Virus record (IMG/VR): IMGVR_UViG_3300009159_002843
Coordinates: 1-26,889 of that record
DNA: 26,889 nt
Source: a virus
Taxonomy: Duplodnaviria > Caudoviricetes
Direction: 5' to 3' (one strand)
Below, piece after piece: positions 8,770-21,100 of the stretch. The notes beneath the pieces were generated by a model. That model was given only the letters and a program-made list of their open reading frames with translations. It was not told where the DNA came from and did no database searches. Every line of letters begins with the position of its first letter. Positions within the stretch are counted from its first letter, which is position 1. The position numbers and the translations under genes were made by a program.

Positions 8770-11700
8770 ATGGCAACCACAACACGACAAACTAGTTTAT
8801 TAGTAGCAGAAGATTGGACTAAGCTGTATCAAACCTTCCGCAACGCCGACTTTCAAAGCTATGACTATGAAACTCTACGTAAATCGATGGTGGATTATCT
8901 TCGTTTATACTATCCAGAAGATTTCAACGATTTCATCGAAAGCAGTGAGTTTGTAGCATTAATTGATACCATCGCTTTCCTGGGGCAGAGTTTAGCTTTC
9001 CGTGCAGATCTGAATGCACGTGAAAACTTTATTGATACAGCACAACGCCGTGACAGTATCCTTAAACTAGCCCGACTAATCAGCTATAATCCTAAACGTA
9101 ATATTAACTCGCAGGGATTCTTAAAATTTGATAGTGTTAGTACTACTGAAACACTGTATGACAGCAATGGCATTAATATAAGCGGACAAGTGGTCAATTG
9201 GGCAGATGCTGGTAATGATAATTGGCAAGAACAGTTTAATGCTATATTGAATGCTGCATTGGTAACTAACACAACTATTGGTAAACCTAGTTCCAGCCAG
9301 ATAATAAACGGTATAACCAACAACGAATATAATATTAACTTGGTTTCCAGCGTAGTCCCAACTTATGGATTTTCAGAAACACTAGAAGGTACAAAAACTG
9401 CATTTGAAATGATCAGTCCGACATCGGCGGGACAACCTTATATCTATGAAGTAGCACCCAAACCTAATCTACCATTTAACTTTTTATACAGAAGTGATGG
9501 CCTAGGTAATTATAGTCCAAATACAGGATTCTTCTTGTATTTTAAACAGGGTACCTTGGCTAGTGTAGACGTTAACTTCCAAGAAAGTTTTCCTAATCGT
9601 GTCTACGGTATCAATGTTGACAACATCAATAACAATGATGTTTGGATCTACAGCTTAGATAAAAATAACAATCCGGATACTCTATGGACACAGGTTCCTG
9701 CGGTAAATGCTACTAATGTCATTTATAATGCTCTGACAGTCAGAACAATTTATCAAGTAACCAGTCGCGCAGGAGATCAAATTGACCTAGTGTTTGGTGA
9801 TGGTAGTTTTGCTACGATTCCGCAAGGTAATTTCCGTATCTATTACCGCGTGTCTAACGGTAAAGATTATAAGATAACACCAACAGAAATGCAAGGCATC
9901 AGCGTACCTATTAACTACGTCAGTCGTACCGGTAGAATCGAAACAATCACTATACGTGTTAGTCTACAGTACACAGTGGCTAATGCTGTTAGCAGAGAAA
10001 CGATTGAAGATATTCGTCAGAAAGCACCACAGCAATACTACACACAGAATCGTATGGTCACAGGTGAAGACTACAATATCTTACCTTACACACTGTTCAG
10101 CGATGTATTAAAAGTTAAAGCAGTGAATAGGACCAGTTCAGGTGTTAGTCGATATTTAGATGTTATCGATACCACTGGTAAGTATAGCTCAACAAATATT
10201 TTCTGTCAGGATGGTATGCTGTATAGAGATGATTTTGTAAAATCGTTTACATTTGACTACGCTACTACCAATGACATCTATAAGGTCATTAATAATCAGG
10301 TCAAGCCCATTGCTGCTGAACAAGAAACGCTACAGTTTTTCTATGCCAACTATCCATTGATTGCACTGTCAAATATCTATTGGCATCTAAGCACAACAAT
10401 TACCAATGGATCAACAGGTTACTTCTATGACGCTACTGGTAAAATCCTGCAAGTTAGCAGTGTTGTTAGTAGTGCCAATCGATATATTCAACCAGGTGCT
10501 ATTATCAGATTCTCAGCAGGTGCTGGTAATTATTTTGATTCACGTAACACTGTACAGACAGGTACTCCTAAAAATCCCGGTGACAAATACTATATCTATG
10601 CAACTGTAGAATTATTAACAGGTGATGGCACCAATGGTGGAACTGGTAATCTTGATAATGGATCAGGACCAATTACCTTAAATCAACAGGTACCGTTAGG
10701 TGCTATCGCTGACAAAGTATTTGCAGTGTTTAACGTAGATTTTTCTAACAGTCTTATACAGACAATGATTGGCTATGTGCAGGCTTTTGAAGACTTTGGT
10801 ATACGCTATGACGTAGATTCTACCAGCTGGAAAATTATTACTCCGCAAGATCTTAACACAGGTGCTTTTAGTTTGACCTATGCAGGTAACACTAGTGCTA
10901 CTGGATTAGACAGCAGTTGGTTGATCTACTTCCAAACCCTAGGACAGACCTATACAGTATTCTATAGAGGACTGAATTATGTATTTGAAAGCGTGAAAGA
11001 AACTAATTTCTATTTTGATGATACTGTCAAGGTATTTGACCCAAAGACTGGATTAACTATACGTGATCAAATCAAAGTACTTAAGATCAATAATGCTCCA
11101 GACAGTTCAGCACAGTTGGCCTTAGATTATCAATGGTACATTTACAAAAGTATTGTTGAAGTAGATGGATATGAGAACCCCAACAGAATTTATGTGACTT
11201 TCCCTGATACAGACAACGACGGTGTACCTGATAATCCTGAATTATTTGAGTTGATAGTTGACCCCAGTGTTAATACCAACAGCAAGTATGTCTACTTCCA
11301 AAACACGTTTAGTTACGACAACTTTGTGGTACAGACGCCAGTGGACAGCAATACAGTGTTAAGCATCTATGATACCTTATTAGCAGCTGAAGTGGCAAAA
11401 ACACTTTATCAAAACGGCCAACTGTTTTACATACCTTCTATAAAGACATTCTATCAACTGTCAATCAGTGGAGCCAGTTATACACTAAATCAAGTCACTG
11501 GATATACTGCTAAGATTGGTCGTCAAGATATATACTTCCAATATCGACACAATACACCTAACTATCGCCGTATTGACCCAAGCCCAAACAATATCATTGA
11601 CTTGTATATTCTAACTAAACAATACGCCAATGATTATGTAGCATGGCTACAAGACACCAGTGGTGTAGTGCAGGAACCCACAGCACCCACAGGTGAAACT

Positions 11701-12162
11701 TTAGGTATAAGTTACAGCAGTTTAGAAAACTATAAGAGTATCTCAGACAGTATCATTTATAATCCAGCCAAGTTTAAACCAATCTTTGGAGCCAAAGCAC
11801 CATTGACATTGCAGGCCCGATTTAAAGTGGTTAAAAACGTCAGTGTGGTGGTCAGTGATAATGATGTCAAGACTTCATTGATCGCGGCTATCAACACTTA
11901 CTTTGATATTACTAATTGGGACTTTGGCGAAACATTTTATTTCAGTGAATTGGCAGCGTATCTACACAATACCCTGGCTCCAAATATTTCAAGTATATTG
12001 ATCGTACCTGCCAGCGAAAGCAGTGCATTTGGTAGCTTGATGCAGATCAATGCTGAATTCAATGAAATCATACAAAGTGCGGCTACAGTAGACAATGTAG
12101 ATATTATCACTGCTATCACAGCAGCACAGATCAATCAAACTGGGCAGGTTATAATTGCTTAA
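8770..12162 (+). CDS. gp6: Baseplate wedge subunit, T4 gp6-like (enlarged, 1130 aa)
   Basis: Motifs DFQSYDYETLRKSM, ENFIDTAQRRDSILKLARLISYNP, LVFGDG and ETIEDIRQKAPQQYYTQNRMVTGEDY (gp6/baseplate J family). Confidence 0.9.
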   Translation: MATTTRQTSLLVAEDWTKLYQTFRNADFQSYDYETLRKSMVDYLRLYYPEDFNDFIESSEFVALIDTIAFLGQSLAFRADLNARENFIDTAQRRDSILKLARLISYNPKRNINSQGFLKFDSVSTTETLYDSNGINISGQVVNWADAGNDNWQEQFNAILNAALVTNTTIGKPSSSQIINGITNNEYNINLVSSVVPTYGFSETLEGTKTAFEMISPTSAGQPYIYEVAPKPNLPFNFLYRSDGLGNYSPNTGFFLYFKQGTLASVDVNFQESFPNRVYGINVDNINNNDVWIYSLDKNNNPDTLWTQVPAVNATNVIYNALTVRTIYQVTSRAGDQIDLVFGDGSFATIPQGNFRIYYRVSNGKDYKITPTEMQGISVPINYVSRTGRIETITIRVSLQYTVANAVSRETIEDIRQKAPQQYYTQNRMVTGEDYNILPYTLFSDVLKVKAVNRTSSGVSRYLDVIDTTGKYSSTNIFCQDGMLYRDDFVKSFTFDYATTNDIYKVINNQVKPIAAEQETLQFFYANYPLIALSNIYWHLSTTITNGSTGYFYDATGKILQVSSVVSSANRYIQPGAIIRFSAGAGNYFDSRNTVQTGTPKNPGDKYYIYATVELLTGDGTNGGTGNLDNGSGPITLNQQVPLGAIADKVFAVFNVDFSNSLIQTMIGYVQAFEDFGIRYDVDSTSWKIITPQDLNTGAFSLTYAGNTSATGLDSSWLIYFQTLGQTYTVFYRGLNYVFESVKETNFYFDDTVKVFDPKTGLTIRDQIKVLKINNAPDSSAQLALDYQWYIYKSIVEVDGYENPNRIYVTFPDTDNDGVPDNPELFELIVDPSVNTNSKYVYFQNTFSYDNFVVQTPVDSNTVLSIYDTLLAAEVAKTLYQNGQLFYIPSIKTFYQLSISGASYTLNQVTGYTAKIGRQDIYFQYRHNTPNYRRIDPSPNNIIDLYILTKQYANDYVAWLQDTSGVVQEPTAPTGETLGISYSSLENYKSISDSIIYNPAKFKPIFGAKAPLTLQARFKVVKNVSVVVSDNDVKTSLIAAINTYFDITNWDFGETFYFSELAAYLHNTLAPNISSILIVPASESSAFGSLMQINAEFNEIIQSAATVDNVDIITAITAAQINQTGQVIIA

Positions 12163-12165
12163 ATA
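12158..12165 (+). promoter_or_regulatory. Possible late promoter (CTTAAATA) for the giant ORF
   Basis: TAAATA core overlapping the gp6 stop codon, 24 nt before the ATG at 12190. Confidence 0.45.
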
Positions 12166-12189
12166 TTATATGCATAAGAAGACAACATA

Positions 12190-15100
12190 ATGGCTGTTAG
12201 AAAAACCCGTAATTTTTTACCTACCGTATTCCAAACTGATACGAATGAAAAATTCCTATCAGCGACCATGGATCAGTTGATCAGCGAACCAGTATTAACC
12301 ACACTTTATGGTTATGTTGGTCGTAAATTTGCACCTACATTTAAAACTGGTGACAGTTATATCACAGAAAGCACACCTGGCCGCCAAGATTATCAACTTG
12401 AAGCTAGTACGGTAGTTCGAGATGATTCAAATAATATTACATTCTTTAGTAACTATGTTGACTATCTGAATAAACTAAACTACTACGGTGCTATAACTGA
12501 CAATCAAAATAGACTGTTTAACGCAGAATACTATACATTTGATCCACTAATCAGTTTTGACAAATTCGTTAATTTCAGCCAATACTATTGGTTACCTAAT
12601 GGTCCTGATGTTGTTGAAGTTGACACCACCGGCATAGAATTAATAAGAACCTACAATGTTAAAAGAGATACAGCTACCCAGCAATACACCTACACAGTAG
12701 ACGGTGTGGTAGACAACAGTATTATACTGCCTCGAGGGGGTACTTATAGATTTATCATTGATCAACCAGGTTATCCTTTCTGGATCCAAACAGAACTAGG
12801 CACCGATGGAATGTTAAACGCTACTCCAACTATCAGCAGCAGAGATGTCCTGGGCGTAGAAAACAATGGTACCGATAGTGGTGTCATAACTTTTAATATT
12901 CCGCAGATTGGCGCACAGGATAGATTTACTTCTATGCCTACTATCGCATCTGTTGACTATGCTAATCCATTAGCCTACAGTGATTTGCAAAATAGCACAC
13001 TCAGTAGATTTCTGTCTAACTATCCGCAGTATGCTGGTATCGCTGGTCAGCTTGATGGCAAGCTATTGGTATTTGTTAGTCAAGAGACCCTTAACAATCG
13101 CGGTGATGAAATATGGACTACTCCTAACGTAGTGATTGCCAACACTACAATAGTCAGTGGAGGCACAGTAGGAAGTTCAAATGTCAGACTAGCATCGGGT
13201 ACTAATATCTCAGCTAATCTCCTAGTATCTGGTATAGGTATCACAGCTAATACCACAGTGGTCAGCGTTAGTGGTGCAAACATCACACTGAGCTCAACAA
13301 TGACAGCCAATGCCAGTGGCACGTATACATTTACATCAACAGGATATGATGCTGGTACATTGATACCTTACGATCTACGCTATGATGTTTGGCGTGTACA
13401 GTTTGTTGATATTGGTATAGGTGACCCGTTAATTAAAGTAGTCCATTATCAAGATGTAGCTATAGATCAAAAAGTATATATCCGTTATGGTATAGGCAAT
13501 GCTAACAAAGAATTCTACAAAGACTATGACGGATTCCTTAAACAAGTACCATTGTTAAGCAGTTTAGCGACTACCTTGTTTGCACAAGACGGTGTAGCAT
13601 CAGCTATCAATACAACATTTAAAGTAGTAGAGTATAATAACTGGGTTATTAACGTAGATGACGATATCATTGGCAAACAAAACTACACCAGTCCTAACGG
13701 TATAGAGTTTACCTCAGGTTTAAAAATACAATTCAGTTCAGACGTCCTACCAGAGACCTATAGAAATCGTCAATACTATGTTGAAAGTGTAGGTGATCTT
13801 GGCGGTGGTATACAACTGGTACCAGTTGACGAATTGGTCAGACCAGAATTATACAACGACGAAAACACATTAAATTATCCAGATCAAGTATTTCCAGAGT
13901 ATATAACGATCAATCGTGTCAGTGTTGATCGTAATCCGTGGTCACGTAATAACCGTTGGTTCCATAGAGATGTAATTACATCAGCCGCTGGGTATCGAAA
14001 TGAGACCCCAGTGTTTAATCAAGATCAACGAGCACAGCGACCAATCGTGCAGTTTGAAGGCGATATTTTATTATTTAATAACGGTCGTATAGCTAAACTA
14101 CCAATAGATGTACTAGATACCACTACCCTAGATGCTTTTAATGACTATGAAGGTCAGGTGTTGGCCAAGGCTTTTGGGATTACGCTAACCGATGGCCTAA
14201 GGGTGGTATTCGCTGCAGATCAAGATCCTTTAGTACGTAATAAAATTTATGTAGTTAACTTAGTACAGTACACAGTAAACAGCCTTGGTATACCCAATGG
14301 ACCTAAATATATTAATTTAGTCAAAGCAGATGATGGTGACGTAGAAACATACGATACCACAGTGGTTAAACAGGGCCAGTATAAAGGTAGCCAGTGGTGG
14401 TACGATGGCACACAATGGATAGAAAGTCAACAAAAAACTTCAGAGCAACAAGAACCGTTATTTGATGCCTACAATAGTACATTTGATCCCAATACCGGCA
14501 CAGTTGATGTTGGCCGCAGTCTTAGCCAACTTACTCGCAGTACTTTTGCTGGCACACGATTATTTGGTTATTTACATTCTACCGCAGGAGTCAATGACAG
14601 CATATTAGGATTTCCTTTAAGCTATAGAAATTTTACATCACAAGGTGATATCGAATTTCAAAATTATTTTACCACCGACACATATGACTATACAGTAGAT
14701 GGAAAGATCGTAACTGAAAACATCAGCACTGGATTCCTACAAAAAATACGTAGTAGATATGCATTAGAATCACGCAATACATGGACCACAGTTGTAGAAC
14801 CAACCAGACAGTATCAAAACATAGGATATATCTACGATGGCGTTAGCAATTTATTTCCTGTAGATGTTACCCCAAATACACAGGGCAGTATACCTTATCT
14901 AAAAGTATTTAAAAATTATAAATTTCTAACCAGTGATCAATGGGTATTTGTTGCTAATCAAGTTAGACTAACTACCAGTGAGAAATTCATTGGAGACGGA
15001 ACTACTACAGAATTTAGATTGACCACAGTAACTTCTACAGAAAATGGTGTGATAGTATTAGTTAATGGTATCGCACGTATAGCAGCAGGTTATTACGGAG

Positions 15101-18100
15101 TAACTGGACTAGTGATTTCATTTTTCACAGCACCTACTCAAGGTGATGAAATTGACATCAGGGTGATTATTAATCCTGCCGTTGGTGATAAAATTGACAT
15201 ACTGGTTTTCAGTGACCAAGTTAGTGATCTTGGTTATTATCAAGTACCACTGAATTTAGATTTAAATGCACAGAATATTGATGTAGGTGTATTGACTTTA
15301 GGTCAGGTACGTAATCACTTGAGTGAACTAGGACAAAACAGCACAACTTTAGTAGGTGATGTCATTGGCATCAGTAATCTACGTGATGTGGATATCAAAC
15401 AGCAAGGTGGTACGATCCTTCAGCACAGCGCACCTGTTCCTTTTGGCGAACTATTCTTAATTGATAATCAGGCTAATTTCATTGATGGATTACGTTATGC
15501 TCAACGAGAATATACTAGATTTAAAAATAAATTTTTAGAATTCAGTGGCAGCCTAGTGGGAATCCAACCAACAGATCCAGGGACTAGTGTAGATTTAATT
15601 TTAACAGAAATTAATAAGTTTAAAAGTGCTACATTCCCTTGGTTCTACAGTGATATGATACCTTATGGTACATTGAAAAATACCATAAACTACACAGTGT
15701 TCAATCCCTTAGATAAAGATTATGAAATCACAAATATATTCAGTGATACTACATTAAGCAATCAGGCAGTGTTGGTGTATCTGAACGGTCAGCAGTTGAT
15801 TAAAGATCTAAACTATACATTTAGAACAGACAGACCTGCGGTGACTATTTTAGATGATCTGGCAGTAGACGACATCATTACATTTGTAGAATATCAAAAT
15901 ACTGATGGTTGTTATGTACCAGAGACTCCATCTAAATTGGGTCTATGGCCAAAATTTAAACCAGAATTATTCTTTGACAATACCTATAGAACACCTATAG
16001 ATGTCATACGTGGTCACGATGGCAGCATCACTCCAGCGTTTGGTGACTATAGAGATGACTTCCTGATAGAATTAGAACTGCGTATCTACAACAATATTAA
16101 ATTACCCGACACTGGTACCTATGGTGATATATTTAAAGTGATCCCAGGAAAATTCCGTGACAGCGAATATACCTTAGCTGAGATCACACAGCTGGTCAGC
16201 AAGAATTTCCAATCATGGGTAGGCAACAACAAATTAGATTTCAGCACAAACGATACTTTCCAAAGCAACGACTTGTTTACTTGGAACTACGGTGGGTGGA
16301 ATGATAGGATCGATGGTGAAGAATTACCAGGTAGCTGGCGTGCATGTTATCAATATTTTTATGACACAGTATATCCTCACTTGTTCCCATGGGAGATGTT
16401 GGGATTCAGCATTGAACCAGACTGGTGGGAGACCTATTATGGTCCAGCACCATATACCAGTGGTAACCAATTACTATGGGAAGATCTAGCAGCTGGTCGC
16501 ATACGCTACGGTGCACGTGCAGGTATAGATGTTAATTATGCTCGCCCCGGATTAACGACCATCATTCCTGTAGACGAAAATGGTAACTTACTACCTCCAG
16601 CAAGTTTGATCACAGCCAGCTATAATGCCACACGTGCAGCTAGTGCCTGGGCAGTGGGTCAATATGGTCCAACTGAATATGCGTGGCGAACCAGCAGCGA
16701 TTTTCCATTCGCTGTTCAACAGGCAGTGGCATTGGCTAAACCAGGTATATACTTTGGTCTTTACATAGATACCTACAATTATTCTCCGTATAATGCTGTC
16801 ATACAACTGCTGCCAAATGCAGATTATATCACACAGTATCTGACATTTACTACTAAACGTCATATCACACAGAATGATGTGTATTTTAACGGACAGTCTA
16901 TAGGCGGCAGTACTTATAGAACCGCGGGATACTTGAATTGGATAGCAGATTATCTAATCAGCCAAGGTGTTGATCCTGTAAATAAAATTCCAATGATGAT
17001 GAAAAATTATCAGGTAAATCTTGCTTATAAGACTGCTGGATTCACAGACCAAACATATCTAAACGTGCTGGCCGAACAGGTCAGTCCGAGCAGTACCAAC
17101 GATACCATCGTGATACCAAATGAAAACTATAAGGTCTATCTAAATAAATCTACTCCTACACAAAAGTTAGTTTATAGTGCAGTCATAGTTGAAAAAACAA
17201 CCAATGGCTACAGTGTACGTGGATATGATTTAAATAATCCATTCTTTACGATTATTCCTAGTGTGGTCAATACCAGTGCAACTAAGATCACTGTTTTGAA
17301 TAGTTCAGCTACGATATTCCGTGACTATCAAAATCTTAAATTAGTAGTACCATATGGTTATGAATTTACCAGCCAACAACAGATAGTTGACTTTTTAATC
17401 AGCTATGAAAGATATTTGATAGCACAGGGATTTGTCTTCCAGGACTTTGATGACGCACTTGGAAAAATGAAAGATTGGAAACTATCAAGCCAAGAATTTT
17501 TATATTGGGCACAACAGGGATGGCAACCAGGCAGTATCCTAGTATTAAGTCCTGTAGCTAGTGTACTAAACTCAATCAGCATAGGTGCTATCGCAGACGG
17601 AATCAGTGACAGTCAATATGGTAGTCGAGTTATCGATCAAAACTTTAAACTGATTAAGAATATTGATTATGAAGTACTACGTAGCCCAACTAATTTTAAA
17701 GTTACCTTAACTAACAGCGCCAGCGTGATTGGGTACGTTGAAATAGATCTGGTACAGTATGAGCATGTGTTGATTTTTGACAATACCACGGTGTTCAATG
17801 ATATTATCTACAAACCAGAAACTGGTAATAGGCAATTCCGTTTAAAACTAGTTGGACAAAAAACTGCTGAATGGGACGGTAGTTTATATGCTCCGGGGTT
17901 TATATACAACAACGGACAAGTAGATAATTGGACACCAGGTGTAGATTATCTTTTTGGAGATTTGGTTGTATATAAAGATCAATACTATACAGCACTGCAA
18001 AATGTCATAGCCAGCACAGAATTCCAGTTTGTCAATTGGGCTCAGCTCAGCAACAGTCAAATCCAAGGACAGTCTGGACTATTACCAAACTTCAGTCTAT

Positions 18101-21100
18101 TAGCCGCAGAAAGCAAGGCCTACTATGACAGCTATCCTAGCGTCGATGATAAAAAACAAATAGAATACAGTCACGGTTTGATTGGATACCGTCCTAGATA
18201 TTATTTAGATGATCTGGGTCTGACAGAAACTACACAGATAGAATTCTACAAAGGCTATATCAAACAAAAAGGCAGTTTGAATTCTATCAATCAACTGATC
18301 AAAGCACAGTTCAATAATCTTACCAGTAATATCAGTCTCTACGAAGAGTGGGCATTACGTGTAGGTACTTATGGTGCATTAGATGTTAATCCCTATGTAG
18401 AAATCGCCTTAGATGAAAAAGCCTACGGAGTTAATCCAAGCCTTGCACAGTTTGTTGGCGCAGCAGATACTAATCTTGGTAATGGCGAGACTATCTTTAA
18501 TAAACAACAACTGTACAAATCCACGGATCAGTTTGGCGGTAATATAGCGTTAAACAGAATAGCGGACAGTGACTATGCTAACGATATCCTGACTGCGGGA
18601 TATGTCAATGTAGATGACATTGATGCTACTATATTTGACCTAACAGACTATGTTGATTTAGATGATATACTAGGTGTAATAGGTACAGGTTATACTATTT
18701 GGTGTGCTAGAGATTTTACCCAAAATTGGAATGTATATAGAGTTACAGAAACTAACAACCATGTTAACACCGTAGCCAAACCCACTGGTCTAGACAATTA
18801 CGTTACATTTACATTCGATACCCCACACGGATTAACGGTTGACGAAGTATTTTTAATAAGAGATTTTCTAACTGATTATGATGGATTCTATCAAGTTTAT
18901 AGAGTAGATACTATCAACAAGGTCACAGTCAAATACAACGGCAATACATCCAATCTAACAACCTTAACAGGTGATGGATTATTTTTTGTCTTAGACAGCA
19001 TGCGATTCCGTTATATGGAAGACAGTCGTGTCTATGGCCAACCACCAAATGGTTGGAAAGTAGGCGATAAGATCTGGATTGATATTGATGCAGAAACAAA
19101 CGCAGTTCAAGGACAGCCATACGGCACCCAACCTAGTGGCACATGGAAAGTATATGAAAAAACTAAACCATGGGCCGTCAAACAATCTTTAGACAAAGGA
19201 TCTACAGAATATTCTAATAACAGCGGATATGGAACCAGTGTCAAGATGTCAGCTGATGGACAATTGGTAGTTACTGGAACACCGTACAGTGGTAATGGTG
19301 TGGTGAATACTTTCTTTAAAAATTACAATGATGAGTATTTAGAAGGATTCAGTCTATTGCCATTGGCGACCGATACTAGGTCATTTGGGTCTACTGTAGA
19401 TCTATCCGCAGATGAATTCAATGCAGCTAGATTAGCAGTAGGTGCTCCTGCCAGTTATGCCAATGTTGGATATGTTTCTGTTTACAGTAAATCAGTAAAC
19501 TCTACAGCATTTGCGCCAACACAAATATTGGTAGGAAATATATCAGCTGCTAATGCAGATATGTTTGGTTCTAGCCTAACATTTAATCAGAATGGTAATT
19601 GGTTATATATAGGTGCACCTGGTAACGACAAAGTCTACATCTATGGATTAAACAGATTTATCCCACGTAGACAACAGACCATATCAGTTAATAACTTAAA
19701 CACTATCACGGTTGCAAATGCTACAGAGGTTACGACTAGTATCACAGTCAGTGTTGACGATGTTTTATATACACCAGGTACAGCAGCAACGGTAATTGTT
19801 GAAGCTGCATCATCTGGTAGTACTATCACTGTTGACAGTTTAACTAATATTATACCGCAACCTGGTGATGCACGTATATTGGCTAATATTGCATTAGATA
19901 ATAATATCACTGCCAATTCTGGCTCCTATATAACACAAGTATCGTCGAGTGCTAACATACAGGTATATAAAAGTGCCAGCAATGATAGTCGTGTCTATGG
20001 GCGGTATGTAGACTCTAATAGATTTGATACATCAGGGAATATTTCTGTCAATGGCACTGTAGTAATAATCAGTACGTTTGCAGGCACCTGGTCAAACGTT
20101 GGAGTGAAACCCGCACAGGTTGGATTCGCTAATATATTTAAGAATGGAGTTGATACTGGACTGCATGCGATCAGCACCACATCTACCCCTGCACGTAGTA
20201 ATATATCCTTAGGATTTACTCCAAGTGTTGTCAATGATGCCAATAGTCTATTGGTTTACAGTGGATCAAAAGTCTACATTCCAAACATAGAGTACACAGT
20301 AGACAGTGCTAATCTTAAAATTAACTTTATTAACAACGGAAATATTGCTAGTTTAGCTAATATTGCTCAAAGTGATATCACTGTAGTTCAACAACCTTAT
20401 TATGCATTACTTGGTAATGTACGAGGCAACACTGGAAGTAACTTTGGGTTCGCATTAAGTTCTAGCTTTGACGGCGCACAATTAGCAGTTGGCGCACCAC
20501 TTGATAATGTTCTTGGCTTCCCAGGTGCAGGCAGTGTTTCGGTATTTGACCGTGTGATTGAAGCATTCAACTCAACCGGTACCGGTGATTATATCACACA
20601 GAACCCGATTGGTCCAGTATATCGTGTGACCATTGACAATATTGAAGTTAATGATTATCTGGTCATTGGATCTAATACTATAAGATTTATAACTCCACCT
20701 CCAATTGGCAGAGTAATCTATGTTGAAACTAATGCCTTTGCTCTATTAGAAAAACTAATTGGTATTGACAGTCTTGAAGGCGGCACAGCTGCTATTCAAG
20801 CTAATGCATTCTTTGGTACCAGCTTGACGATCTGTTCAAACAACTGCGCGATTTATATTGGCGCACCAAATTACGATAACGGTACAGAATATAATACAGG
20901 TGCTGTTTGGAAATTCCACAATAGAGGTCGACTATACGGTACTAACAATGGCTATACCTATAATCCAGTGTTTACTCCGGGCGACTCCATACGTTTAGAT
21001 AACTTTGAAGTCACGGTATCGGCACGCATGATGCCAACGACTCCCATTGGTGGCACAGCAGCCAATATACTGGCACTAAGCAGCAACATTCGTGCAAATA

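Noticed and set aside
871-12134. Short overlapping ORFs inside gp47, gp55, the tube initiator, the hub and gp6
   Set aside because: They overlap well-supported genes and are most simply antisense or alternative-frame artefacts.
2736-12162. Bacterial eCIS, T6SS or tailocin locus
   Set aside because: The adjacent gp55 and gp47 genes and T4-type late promoters indicate a T4-like phage genome.
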